From positions 1-36,700 of the forward strand of contig JALAGF010000475.1 in the NCBI GenBank assembly GCA_030167865.1: a stretch of 36,700 nucleotides of DNA, read 5' to 3'. Below the pieces are notes generated by a model. It was not told the origin of the DNA. It made no database searches and saw only the letters and a list, made by a program, of their open reading frames with translations. How positions within the stretch are numbered: the first letter of the stretch is position 1; each line of letters begins with the position of its first letter. This document shows, one piece after another, positions 1 through 10,976 of the stretch. The DNA is from Craspedostauros australis. Lineage: Eukaryota. A program made the position numbers and the translations under genes.

Positions 1-236
1 CAAGATTCGCACGTGTCACACCCAAGATCCAAGTCTGTCCTGATTGGGCAGATTGGCTCATCTTGGCAAGAAATCAATTTCCACGACATTTTTGGATCTG
101 TGATTGAGGGAAAANGATTCTTGCGACGCGAAATGCGACACAAATCTGACACAACGGATTTTCGACCAAAATTTCCNTTCGGAACGGAAAAGGTAAGAAA
201 AGTGGAGATTTCTGATTGGTCGACGGGTGTCGCTAT

Positions 237-541
237 TGTTAGAGATTTAGCGTGCGCTAATAATCGGGTTTGTGGACAGATGCTGTGGATCTGCGCTATT
301 GCAATCACGTTGCAATCGTCGTTGCGTTTGATTTGTGATCTCGATTGATTTTTGTGAGAGGAGGCGATGTGATTCTGTTCAACGCCGGTTTCGTGGGTGC
401 TTTGTCTGTGTCCGTGCACTCGCGGCGCGTGTTTCCATCGGCACATGGTGTGTGGACACCGTGCCACACTGCTATCGGCGTCTTGGTCGTGTGTGAGTGT
501 GTGGGTGTGTGGTTGTGTGGACACGTAGTTGGATGCTCACA
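237..541. mobile_element. LTR-like segment (putative solo or truncated long terminal repeat, degenerate)
   Basis: ~305 bp bounded by TGTTAGAG...GCTCACA (TGT...ACA termini; the minus strand ends ...TCTCTAACA, as many LTRs do). It is rich in TG/CA, poor in TA, and lies next to ambiguous n bases at the window start. No TSD, second copy or gag/pol is visible. Confidence 0.35.
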
Positions 542-543
542 CA

Positions 544-673
544 TGGTCCAACCAAGCGGGGGCTCCAATGTGAGGCTGCAATCGTTTGGCGAAGCGCTCT
601 TGTGGATAAGCAGAAGTGCTGGTGGGTCACATCGCTGAGATGGCGTTGCGTCGTTTCTCTCTTGGTTGGACCA
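544..673. mobile_element. MITE-like element with 13-bp terminal inverted repeats
   Basis: TGGTCCAACCAAG (544-556) is the exact reverse complement of CTTGGTTGGACCA (661-673), with CA on both sides. An alternative reading is 11-bp TIRs (546-556, 661-671) flanked by a 6-bp direct repeat CACATG (540-545, 672-677). No coding capacity. Confidence 0.5.
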
Positions 674-928
674 CATGAGTTGTTTTTTGTCGTCGCCGCA
701 CTGTTTCATGTTACTCCGGTGTCGAGTTCGAAAAGTCGTTGGGATGACGACGCTCGCTGCCAATGCCACCAACAGAAAAGAGAACGCGTGGCATCAACAC
801 GCCATTCCACCATCATAGCCAGCGGACATGAGGAGGCGGCTGGCAGGCTTGTCGCAGAGACTTCTCCCTGAACATGTGCAACTTATTTCGTTCGACCGTT
901 GTGCTAGATCACCCCAATTGTTGCAAAC

Positions 929-940
929 TTTCCCGCCAAA
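929..940 (+). promoter_or_regulatory. E2F-type motif TTTCCCGCCAAA
   Basis: Exact match to the E2F consensus TTTSSCGC. It lies in repeat-like DNA with no obvious adjacent gene, so function is uncertain. Confidence 0.2.
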
Positions 941-3068
941 TATTTGTCCTAGGAATGTTTGGAGCAATGACTCAACGAACCATGCACGACGGACAGGGCT
1001 TCGCGAGTGCTTCGTGAGCTTTCGTCTACTGCGAATTTGGCTCGCGTGTTTTCTTAGGCCTGACCAAAATTTGGTGGTCTCCTTTGGCGACAGTCCCGAC
1101 TAGAGTGGTGGTTCTGCGAGAGCAGATGGGAGGATGCCTTGCGCCATTCCCGTTCCTGTCCTCATCCAGGTTCGTCGTTGCTTCATGCAATAAGTATGGG
1201 TTTGTCCCTTTCCAGTGAATCGTTGTTTCGCTCGAAGAGGTAGCTGCTGTCTCATCCGTGTCCCTCGTGGTTTCATTCCAATAATTATGATGGAATGATA
1301 AACTACGTCCGGTTCTTGGTATTGCATCGGTTTCGCGATTGGTTCATGAGACATGCTTTGTTCCAGCGCACAGATACTTTGGCCGAGCAACAACAAAGTG
1401 GCGCTGCATTCTGCACAATGAAGGCGTTCCACCGGAGTGGAGCACCCTACCACTGAGCACGGTACCACTCAAACGTCCGAGTATTTGTGGAGGAGGCATG
1501 GTGTATTATTCACAACACTCCATCCCTATCGCACATGCTGTTGTGCTCTTTGCTGTGCAGAAAGTGCCATTGCTCACGCCACGAGAAAGCTCGCTCCATT
1601 TGGCTTGTTTCCATGCTGTTGTTGTGATGAGTTCCCTCGTAAGAGGACTGCGCGCTACACATGTAATTAATTCCTCACCGCTCTTCATTTCTTGGGCTGC
1701 GCCACAATACAGAGACGAATTGAAGTAAAATGGATGCAGAGTGCGGTGTGTTGTTTTGCATGTGGGCTGGTGGCGCTCAATTCCGATGCAGTACCAACAT
1801 GGGCGGCTGTTTCTTCTTCCTCATGATGCGCGCGTATCACAGCATCTGGTTGTGCTCGTTGGTTCAGTCCCTTTGCTGCTGCTGTCGCAAGGCTTAGTCT
1901 TGGCGTTATTTCACTCCTGCGCGACATGTACTGGTGGAAGGCTTAGTCCGCCACGAATAGAAGGGGTTATCAATAGCCTAGGCCTATTTTGGCGTTCCAC
2001 ATTTGTGTCCGGCACGCAACCGCGTCTGGCTTGTTTCGCAATTTCCGCGAAACACCCGTTTTGCGTAGCAGCGATGGATGTGCTCGTTCCTCTCCGAGGT
2101 TTGTCGCTTCGCTTTGGTTGCCACGCGCTGCCATGTGTTCGCAAGAATGACGTTCGCCCAAAAACCATTCTTGTTTGTCTACAACGGCGTTCTGCACGCA
2201 AACGCATCGTTGCGCCACACGACCCACATGGACGAAAACAAGAACAACGAAGGAAGAAAAAGTGTGGTTTTGAGTTGGTGGACTGTTGCTGGATGGCGCC
2301 AGTGCACCAATTCATGCGAGTGGAACGATCCCGCAGAAAGTCGCTGCACAAAGTCATTTATAGTACCCCCAACTGCGAAGATGCTGATTGGTTCTTACTG
2401 AAGACACATTGGAGTCACACATGCCCCGCGACAACCCGAACCTCGACATGCTTCTTCAAGGTGCGAATCCACGGCAGAAAGACCACCAACGAAGTACCCC
2501 TTCCAAGCATGTGGCGGGTCCGATGATGGAGGTATCCCAAGTACCCGTGGTACATTGTCCCGATACCACCTCCATTTGCAACAACAATGGTACTCCCTCT
2601 CGGTGCGCGGTGGATGTTGTTGAAAGTTGCGTGGAATGTATTGTTCCTTCAAGATTTCGACGTTTGAGAACTTGTTCGTGTGTGAAACGGGGTACGTGTC
2701 CCCAAGAGAGAGGACACCCTTGAATGTGACTCTGCTTCGGTGAGAGAGTACATTGCGTGACCTACGACATAGCATGTTACCTGGGGCCACAAGAGATACA
2801 AAGTAGATCTGTGGGGTGGTGATCGTGGTGTGAACGGCCACCTGCCCTTGGGATGGTGGGCAGGACAAAGCGCACTCTGCAAGCCACTATTACGAAATAT
2901 AATACAATCTAAACTTGCACGGGTATGTGGATAGCATGAAGTTGGAAGCACAACATTGCACAGCACCCAGCGATCGCAGTCCTCGTGTGGATGCGGATAT
3001 TCATCCAAACAAGCCATTCTAATCCTACACTATGTATGGTCCGATACTCCTCGTCTGGAGTATTTCGT

Positions 3069-4325
3069 TTATTTCACGTGTCTCTCAAACATCGATGCAT
3101 GCAAATCCCGAGCTCCAATCTGGCTCGTGGCACACTCGCAATGAAGCCCCGATCGAAGGCATTCCCAGCAATCTTCGGTTTGCGCACAGCCGTTCCGATG
3201 TGGGGGCTGCGCGGGGCTGCATTGGGCCATGCTTGAGGCGCCTTGCGGAAATTCCATCGCGACCGTAGAGCTCATTCTCATCCCCACGGTTGGCTCCGTG
3301 GTGCACAAGTGTCGGCTTTGGTCGGGTGCGATCGATGTCGCCACGCCAACAATGGCCTTCGCATTGGCGATGAAGCAATCCACGTATGGCATCATGGCTT
3401 TGCCGAAATCTGGGCTCCCCAGCGCAACGGCATGGGGAAGTGTGCTGGCGCGGTGAGTTGGAGGCTGGCTGGCCCATTCCAGCCCTGCTGAGCATTGTAG
3501 TGGCCTGGCTGTTGCTGCGGCTGGCATGCAAGGCGTCTGCTGCATTTCGCTCTGAAGAGCGACAGTGCCATCACTCCATTGTCGTTGCTCTTGGTGAAGT
3601 TGCAACAGCAGCGTGCCCCACTGCATGGCTTCGAGCTTGCGATTCAGAAGGACGTGATGGATATGTCCTATGTTGTTCAGGCATGCCAATGCCAGAAAGT
3701 ACTCCACTTCTCGACCGATCGGCACAGCCATGTCCCCACCCCACAGCTGCGATGCCTTCTGCTGCTGCTGCTGCTGCTGCTGATGCCGATGCACAGCGTA
3801 CCGGTTCATGACTGATACATATATCTGAAGTGCTCGATCAAGAGCAGAAGTCGATTCGGCAGATGACAAAGTTCGTGCGTTGCAATTGCTCGCGTTGAGA
3901 GGCAAGGGCATGGATTGTGATCCAAGCATGTGCAGCGAGAGTGCGAGGTTGAATTCCAAGATGATACTCGGCGCATGGGCTTGTTGATGCTGATCCAGTG
4001 GTTGGCTGAGTGTGATGGGATGGTTGTAAATGAGGATCTCAGCTTCGGGGGCCTGGGTATCCTTGCCGCACTGAGGATGGCTTGTTGGAACTGCCCGACA
4101 ACGAGATGACGGCACGGCTGTCACCAAATGATCGCGGAGCTGCCGTTGCTGTTCGTTCGTGAGCTGCTGCTCGAGCGACAGGTCGATGAAGGATTGCGGA
4201 GGGAGATTGGCGAACGCTTGCTTCAGAGAGTCAATGGCCCGAGAGTAGAAGCCTTCCTTGATCCACATGGCACCGCGGTTATTGTGCAGAATCGCGGTGG
4301 CATGGCATGGTTGAGTCGTCGTCAT
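3069..4325 (-). CDS. Hypothetical helical/TPR-like protein (~418 aa from the first ATG)
   Basis: Long ORF with first ATG at 4325 (the track start at 4457 is TTG). TPR-like helices HNNRGA..YSRAIDSLKQA, FNLALSLH, ALDRALQIY and LACLNNIGHIH, plus a poly-Q tract. Confidence 0.7.
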   Translation of the reverse strand: MTTTQPCHATAILHNNRGAMWIKEGFYSRAIDSLKQAFANLPPQSFIDLSLEQQLTNEQQRQLRDHLVTAVPSSRCRAVPTSHPQCGKDTQAPEAEILIYNHPITLSQPLDQHQQAHAPSIILEFNLALSLHMLGSQSMPLPLNASNCNARTLSSAESTSALDRALQIYVSVMNRYAVHRHQQQQQQQQKASQLWGGDMAVPIGREVEYFLALACLNNIGHIHHVLLNRKLEAMQWGTLLLQLHQEQRQWSDGTVALQSEMQQTPCMPAAATARPLQCSAGLEWASQPPTHRASTLPHAVALGSPDFGKAMMPYVDCFIANAKAIVGVATSIAPDQSRHLCTTEPTVGMRMSSTVAMEFPQGASSMAQCSPAQPPHRNGCAQTEDCWECLRSGLHCECATSQIGARDLHASMFERHVK

Positions 4326-6278
4326 CGTTGCTGTTACCAAAATGTGTTGGACTGCTGGACTGTTTGACTGTTGGACTGGTGGTGGTGAGTATAATTGTGA
4401 GTGCGAGTGGCTAGCAACGGAAGCGATTCCAATGGACGACGTGATGATTGCGAGCAAAGGAGCAGTGGATGTATGGTACGACTATCACAGAGTTGTGCAG
4501 GTCTGTCATGTCTTCTTATCAATAGTACTGGTATCTGTGGCGAGGCACGCACGCATCTCACATCATATCAGAGATGATGTTGCGGGACGTGAAGTTTCTC
4601 GCGGACCCAGCAATCGGCAACGCAAACACCCCTTCTGACACTCCGCGAGTGGATTTCTGTGGCGTTTGGGAAAGAGCGCAGTAAACTGCATGCTGCGTAC
4701 GACCCACACAGAGGTAACAAGAGCGGGCACATGGTAGGAAACGGCATCGCACCGGACGGATGATCCGCTGGCTGTTCACTCTCGTCCATGTCTGGTTGGC
4801 AGCGCGTGAGATTTGTGCCTGTTCGTTTGTCCCACAAAGTGGTCGATGAAAACAATCACGGTTCGTGTGGCGACGACAGACGCAAGGCCTGATCGCGCTT
4901 CTCCTTTGATCAGGTGATGGATCGATCCACCGCTTTGACTGAAAACTGCGGTGCACGCTGCGACCTATTATTAATGTGATCATGGCTATCGCCCCCACCT
5001 GTTGACATTAACACCATCCTCTGCCTTGCGTTGTGATGGTGGTATCGACAGCATCTGCTGATTTGGGTCTTCAGATGATCCTCCCATCGAAATGGTTCCA
5101 TTCAGCTCCTCTCCTCCAGCAATGCGCGCGTTGGAAATGCTACGTTTTCTCCATCGTCGCTGCTGATCCGGACTGGAAGTAGTCATGGAACGAGGTCGAT
5201 GCTACTCTCCATTGGTGCAACCTATTGGATTGAGGCTCCCTGATGTCCGTCACAATGATCTGCGGTAGGTCTTGCGTCAGCACCCGCTCGAGAGAAGCGC
5301 GGATTCTTGAAAACGACGGCGCATTGAAGGAGAACACGGAAACGTTCGCCGAAGCTGGATTTGTGACACAATCGTCCAATTCGCACGCTCATACGTTTGC
5401 AAGGAAATCTGTTTGGCAGGTCGGTAGCAGTCGCGCGGTTTTGGCACCCGAAAGTAAGGTAGTAATCAATCAGCACCGTTTCCGCGAGGCCTGAATGGAT
5501 CACGCCCGGCGGCCATGTTGCTCTTTCCTGGCAGCGTTTGCGCCTTCTTGTTCTTGTACCTGTGTGTAGACGCAACTTTCGCGCTATCACATGTCACAAA
5601 AGCGGCGACATGACCACCTCGGCCTCGTCTGGGGAAACAACAACGCCTATGGTATTCCTAAACGACGTTCCACATCATACTCGTACATTGCAGTACTTCC
5701 AGAAATGGCAAGTGTGCTCCTGCGACACGAACACGTTGACAGCGGTTCGCGGCGTGGACGTTCGCCACACCAGTGATCAGCCTTACCGGCACGCCGTCAT
5801 GTCGCTTGTGCTCAGAGGTCGTACTCCCTCTTCGAAAAGGTCCCAACCTCTCTCTTGGCAGCGCTAGCGGATTGGGTTGGCGCGATGGCCTCCGAAGCCG
5901 ATTCGACATCGTTGCCGGAGATGTGGGGGTGGTGGGTAGTGGCAAAGTACGACCTATCGTATACTACAGTACCTACCATGCGAATGTTGAGCGAAGAGAA
6001 GTGCCGGTGGGACGCAGCCCCCCAAACAAGTGAATGTGGTACTGCCGCACAGCATCACGCGCAAACGCGCCAACAGCACACTAAGTGAACAATACGAACT
6101 GGGGTAGCTCATTGCGTGAAGAGACTCTCCGGGGAGTACAGCGCTTCTGTGTTCTCCAGAATACGACAAGTAACTGCGTTCTATCTACCGGCGGATGGTA
6201 CGGGTACGAGTGCGAGTGCGAGTATAGAGAGGAAGGAGATTGTTCACCACCACAATCGCCATCGCTCATGTGCTCCAT

Positions 6279-9050
6279 TCATGTGAAGGGCGTGAGATCG
6301 TCATTGTCCACGCGCAGAATGCTGCCGTCGGGCAATCGGTGGATGAGATCTTCCAGCGCCAGCTGAACGTATCGATCTCGCTGCTCCTTCGACGACAAGA
6401 TCGCGCTGCGCTGGAATACGGTCGAGTTGCGGGTGGGCAGCGGCGGGGACATGTTGGGCTTGTCATCGATGAGATTGCCTTCCAAAGTGAGGACGGTTTG
6501 GAATTCCGGATGGCTGACGAATGGATACGATCCGAAGGAGACGTTGGGATGTTGCTCCACCACTCCGTTCAGGACGTGCACGATGGAGGCTTCGTCGATG
6601 CCCAGGACGACCTTGTACCCAATGCTGCGCTCCAGCTGCGAGGAAAGATACTTCGCGACGTTCTCGATCTTCTTCGCGAAGAACTCGGGCACTCCGGGCA
6701 GAATGAAGATGTTGCGGCACTGCAACACAGGCCAATCGTTCTCCACGTCGGACAGGTATCGCAGCTTGGCATTCGAAGGCAGCGTGGCCATCTTGATGTG
6801 CGCCTCGGAGAGTTCTGCCATGTCCTCGTCTGCATCTGCGCTTGGCTTGCCGGCACCGCCGTTCGGAGTTGTATCCGCTGACGCCACAACATTGTCATCA
6901 GCAGCATCAACGCTGCCGTCATCGTTGTCGCTGTCGTTGTCGCCGTCGTTTTTCTTGTTGCCAAAGTTCATCTTCTCGCCCAGCAGATCCGCCATCTCCT
7001 TGTGGAACACCATCTCTCGCCCGAGAGCCGATGCCACGCTCTTGATCGTCACATCATCGTGAGTGGGACCCACTCCGCCGGATGTGATGATGACATCAAC
7101 CTCTTCTTGCAGACGCTGGATTTCCTCCACGATCTCCTCCGGCGTATCGGAGACCACCACGACGCGGCTCAGCAGCACGTTCTGCGCCCGCAGCGCCTTG
7201 GCGGCGGCATGCGTGTTTTGATCCATGGTGAGGCCTTTCAGAATCTCATCGCCGATGATCAAGATACCGACGGATTTCTGCGTTACGGAATCGGCGTCGG
7301 AATCCATCGTGAACGCCGTGCTGTCATCGTAGAGGGAGGAGATGGCGGTCAAGTTCTGACCCCAATCAGGCTCCGACGATGCCTCCGCACCGCGTCTTGC
7401 CAAATTGGTGCTGTTCTCGCCGGCCAGCGGCATGAGACCATCCTGCAATTCGTCATCTGAGTCTTCAGCTTTGGACAGAGACATGACCTTCGGATCGCTG
7501 TTGCGAAAGTCGGATGCGGTCGATCCCGATCGCTCTGGTCTGCTGGAGTCGCGTTTCTTGGCCTGTGGCTTTCCGGTTGCCTTCTGTGCTGCAGCGTCGT
7601 TGCTGGCCTTGTCTTTGGTCGCGGTTTTTGCAGCTGACGACTTGCTTATTCTGCCAGCGCGTTCCAAACTCCAATCGCCCAACATGTAGGCCGGCCAGTA
7701 CTTGGGCAAGTTGTTTGTTCCAGCTGCTGCTGCGGCTTCGATGGCTGTAGCGTTGGTCTCGTTGCCTGCCGAGGGACCGGGCGCTGTCTCCACCGGAACC
7801 AGCAGGGCGGGGCACGGAAGCGTGTCCTTGGTGGTGCCCAAGCTCGTGTAGCCCTGATCGTAGAGAATGCAGTATGGCAGCTGGAAGAGACGAAGGAAGT
7901 GCCACACGTGCCCGTAGGTCCATTCCAAGACCGGATTGACGCGCATGAAGGGTGGCATATAGTGCGACGAGGGCGCGAATTGATCCTGACCGGCCGCGTT
8001 GGGATCATCGGCGCGCGTTCCCAGCACGAAGGATATCGGCCAGCTGGTCTGACCGCAGTTCTCCAGGAAGTTGTTGTGCACCATGATCTCCAAGCCTTGC
8101 GAGAACTTGGTCCCCTGCTCGAAGGCCAGCATGTCGAGATCGAGATCGTGGACGGCCTTGCGCAGAAAGTCCTTGACCTCGGGGAATTCATCGGGATGGT
8201 CGAAGTAGATGACGCGCGGACGCGTGATGGGGACCGTGCGTTGGCCGTCGGGTCCGAGCGTGCTGTTGTAGTGGTTGGCATGCGCGGCACGCATGAGATG
8301 CAGGATCACGACGGCGTCCTTCCCACCGTTGAAGCTGCCTACGACGGATTTGGGTCCGTAGAGGCGGTAGGCATGATCCAGGCAGTTGAGCGCATCCTTG
8401 ATGGCTGGTGCGACGTACGTGTCGGAGCATTCCATGAATTGATTGTAGAGCGACAGGGCCTGCTGGAATTCATCGTCGGACCATTCCGGCCTTGCCTTCA
8501 GGTGGTCATCCCAGCTGTCCGCCTGCGGCGGGATGACCCTCCAATTTGGGAGCTCGGTTGCTGCACTTGCATTATCATTTGCGCTTGCAGTCTTTGGTGA
8601 TGCATCGGCATTCAAGTCTGATTTCAACATGTTTGCCAACGCTGTGTCAGATGCTCGAGCTGGGGCCGTTGTTGGCGCTGCCGACGGAACCGACAGGGAT
8701 GGTTCGGACGATGGCGACAGCGCAAGCGAGGAAGAATAACGTGCGCTATGGAATGCTCCAAAAGCTGCACGTCCAAGATTCCGTTGCTGCTGCGAATGAG
8801 GCGTCGCGGGTGGAGCTGCGCTTGATGACGATCTGGAAGTCCCAAAGAGCCGACGCCAATCGTCGCTGCCGATGGCCTTGCTTTGGTGGTGGTCTGGTCT
8901 GACAGCAAGCGCCGATGTCGATGGCACCGTATCAACGGCAGCCGCGATTCTGAGGATTGTAGCCACCGAGAAGGGCAGCGCTGTCGGGAGCAGCTGGAGA
9001 TGGAGGTGCAAGACGGTTGTGGGAAGCACCGAAAGGATGCGAACACGCAT
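6279..9050 (-). CDS. FAD1: Bifunctional FAD synthase (PAPS-reductase-type FMN adenylyltransferase plus C-terminal molybdopterin-binding/CinA-like domain), ~923 aa with N-terminal presequence-like extension
   Basis: Motifs SFNGGKD (PP-loop), GTRADDP, RVNPVLEWTYGHVWHFL, YDQGYTSLG and ERAGR, then IIGDEILKG, SGGVGPTHDDVT and ILPGVP. First ATG is at 9050 (9101 is TTG). Confidence 0.92.
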   Translation of the reverse strand: MRVRILSVLPTTVLHLHLQLLPTALPFSVATILRIAAAVDTVPSTSALAVRPDHHQSKAIGSDDWRRLFGTSRSSSSAAPPATPHSQQQRNLGRAAFGAFHSARYSSSLALSPSSEPSLSVPSAAPTTAPARASDTALANMLKSDLNADASPKTASANDNASAATELPNWRVIPPQADSWDDHLKARPEWSDDEFQQALSLYNQFMECSDTYVAPAIKDALNCLDHAYRLYGPKSVVGSFNGGKDAVVILHLMRAAHANHYNSTLGPDGQRTVPITRPRVIYFDHPDEFPEVKDFLRKAVHDLDLDMLAFEQGTKFSQGLEIMVHNNFLENCGQTSWPISFVLGTRADDPNAAGQDQFAPSSHYMPPFMRVNPVLEWTYGHVWHFLRLFQLPYCILYDQGYTSLGTTKDTLPCPALLVPVETAPGPSAGNETNATAIEAAAAAGTNNLPKYWPAYMLGDWSLERAGRISKSSAAKTATKDKASNDAAAQKATGKPQAKKRDSSRPERSGSTASDFRNSDPKVMSLSKAEDSDDELQDGLMPLAGENSTNLARRGAEASSEPDWGQNLTAISSLYDDSTAFTMDSDADSVTQKSVGILIIGDEILKGLTMDQNTHAAAKALRAQNVLLSRVVVVSDTPEEIVEEIQRLQEEVDVIITSGGVGPTHDDVTIKSVASALGREMVFHKEMADLLGEKMNFGNKKNDGDNDSDNDDGSVDAADDNVVASADTTPNGGAGKPSADADEDMAELSEAHIKMATLPSNAKLRYLSDVENDWPVLQCRNIFILPGVPEFFAKKIENVAKYLSSQLERSIGYKVVLGIDEASIVHVLNGVVEQHPNVSFGSYPFVSHPEFQTVLTLEGNLIDDKPNMSPPLPTRNSTVFQRSAILSSKEQRDRYVQLALEDLIHRLPDGSILRVDNDDLTPFT

Positions 9051-9682
9051 TTCACCTATGATTTGACTTGAATGCCCAACTTTGATGGCTGATGGTTCCA
9101 ATGCTTCGCGCGCTTCTCTGTTCTGCTTCGACAGAGTATCTCAGCCGATCCGAAACAGTTCGAAAGGAGCAACACTGATAACGACGGTGATGATATCAAT
9201 GTCGATGTGCTCAATGTCTGCTCTCTTTCAACGAGTATCCTCTCGCTGTTGATGCCGACAGGATTGATGTGGTATCCTTCCACCCTCTCTGTCTCTCGCT
9301 TTGCCCCTCCACGTTGTTCTTTTGCGTTGTGCATCATTCAGTTTCGTTGATGGGTGGGAGTCAACGTCAATAACAAAAATATCTTTTATTATTCAGTTGG
9401 CATTGATAGACGGACAGACGTTTTGGAACAACTCACGAACCAACGAAGATCGAAAGAAGAAAAATCCATCGAAATTCCCAAACTGGCTGTTCTGGTCTCT
9501 TCGCGTCTCCTGGTGTAGCTACAACCATCGCGACAACATTCGACTCTCTCTCCACTCCACGCTCCACACTCCAATCGTCGATGCCTTGTGAGTGCGCACT
9601 CCAACTGCATCACCATCGCTGTCAACAGTAGCAGTGTCAGTAGCAGCATCAGTAACAGCAACAATAACGAAAACGACACACC

Positions 9683-10852
9683 ATGGGCCGCGTCTCACGA
9701 TACAAGAAGATCAAGGCGGTGGATCCGTTCTCCAGCGCCAACAAGGGCCGCAACGGAGGCGATGCCGATCTGTCGCACATCGGCGTCTGGGGCTTGAGCA
9801 GCAACGGGCAGAGGGTCAAGAAGCGCAGCCGCCGTTCGCAGATGCTGCGCAAGAGCCGCGGCAAGAAGGATGGCCGTGTCGAGGGATTCAACTTGCCACC
9901 GCAGGATGAGGATGACTTCGATATGGCGGACATCCTGGGCAGCGTCAAGAAGCAGAAGGTGTCGGCCGAAGCGGCGGAGCTTCTCGACGAGGAAGGCCCG
10001 AAGCAGGGAGACGGCAAAGGGGTTGTTTCGTCCGCCTTGCAAACTCAGAAGCTGAAGGTGCCGAGCATTCCGAAATCGAGGCATCTGCCAAAAAGCGGCG
10101 ATGCGGGAACACAAGCAGGAGACCGCGATGATGTCAATGATGATGACAATGATGATGACAATAGCGATGGCAGCTACGAGAATGACGCGGACGACGATAA
10201 AGATCAACGATCACATGCAAGCACCAATGGAAATGCAAACGCATCCTCCACAAAACAAAAACGACAGCATCAACCGCAAGCTACGATACCGCGCACGGAA
10301 CGAGAAGAACGAGAATTCGGCAAGGTCCTCAAAATCGAATCCAAGCTCAGGGCCATGGAGGAGACCAAGGTCGCGCAAGCGCATCAGCGTATGCCAGGCG
10401 AGAGCAAGAACGCATTCTCGCGACGTACCAAGGCGGAGACGCGTGCCATCATTCGCAACGAGCAGCTGCAGACGACGGTGGCAGCGCGCAATGCCGAAAA
10501 GGCGCAACGCAAGAAGGAATTCTTGAAGGCCAAGAAGAAGAACAGCAAAAAGAAGAGCAGGAAGAATTACGACAATGACAGCGGCGATGAGATGGATCGG
10601 CGTATCAGAAACAACGGCAACGATGGCGATGATGATTATGTTCGATTCGGCGAACAGGTCAAGTGCCCACCAACCTTCCAACAGTTACCGCGTGGATCCA
10701 AGAAGAAGAAGCAACAACAACAGCAATCAGGAGCAGGCAAATCGAAGGATACAGCCTCCAATGACGCGCGCAAACAAGAGATGGAGGCCATGAGAAAGCG
10801 TGTTCAAGCCCAGTACGCCCTCGTCAAGGCACGCAGGCGGATGAATCGATGA
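9683..10852 (+). CDS. Basic coiled-coil protein, CCDC137-like (probably nucleolar), 389 aa
   Basis: ATG in ACC-ATG-G context; K/R-rich. The PGES..AF and VRFGEQVKCPP motifs and the C-terminal MRKRVQAQY helix resemble CCDC137-family motifs (recognised from memory). Confidence 0.75.
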   Translation: MGRVSRYKKIKAVDPFSSANKGRNGGDADLSHIGVWGLSSNGQRVKKRSRRSQMLRKSRGKKDGRVEGFNLPPQDEDDFDMADILGSVKKQKVSAEAAELLDEEGPKQGDGKGVVSSALQTQKLKVPSIPKSRHLPKSGDAGTQAGDRDDVNDDDNDDDNSDGSYENDADDDKDQRSHASTNGNANASSTKQKRQHQPQATIPRTEREEREFGKVLKIESKLRAMEETKVAQAHQRMPGESKNAFSRRTKAETRAIIRNEQLQTTVAARNAEKAQRKKEFLKAKKKNSKKKSRKNYDNDSGDEMDRRIRNNGNDGDDDYVRFGEQVKCPPTFQQLPRGSKKKKQQQQQSGAGKSKDTASNDARKQEMEAMRKRVQAQYALVKARRRMNR

Positions 10853-10976
10853 GACACCTCCCAGGTGCAACCTTGACATGATAGGTAGAGTGACTCAAGG
10901 TTGGTGATGGAGCAAAACATGATACGAGTAGTGCAGTTGAAGCTACGTTCGTTTCGCTTGCTACATCTGTTTCTGA

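Noticed and set aside
1090-1103. Possible Helitron 3' end (CTAG)
   Set aside because: Not followed by T, no clear subterminal hairpin and no 5' TC end identified.
1741-2868. ORFs 1741-2526 (+) and 2395-2868 (-)
   Set aside because: No recognisable motifs and weak coding bias; they may be remnants but cannot be supported.
4910-5945. Chain of short minus-strand ORFs, two of them in the same frame separated by stops
   Set aside because: No recognisable homology and no convincing splice model.
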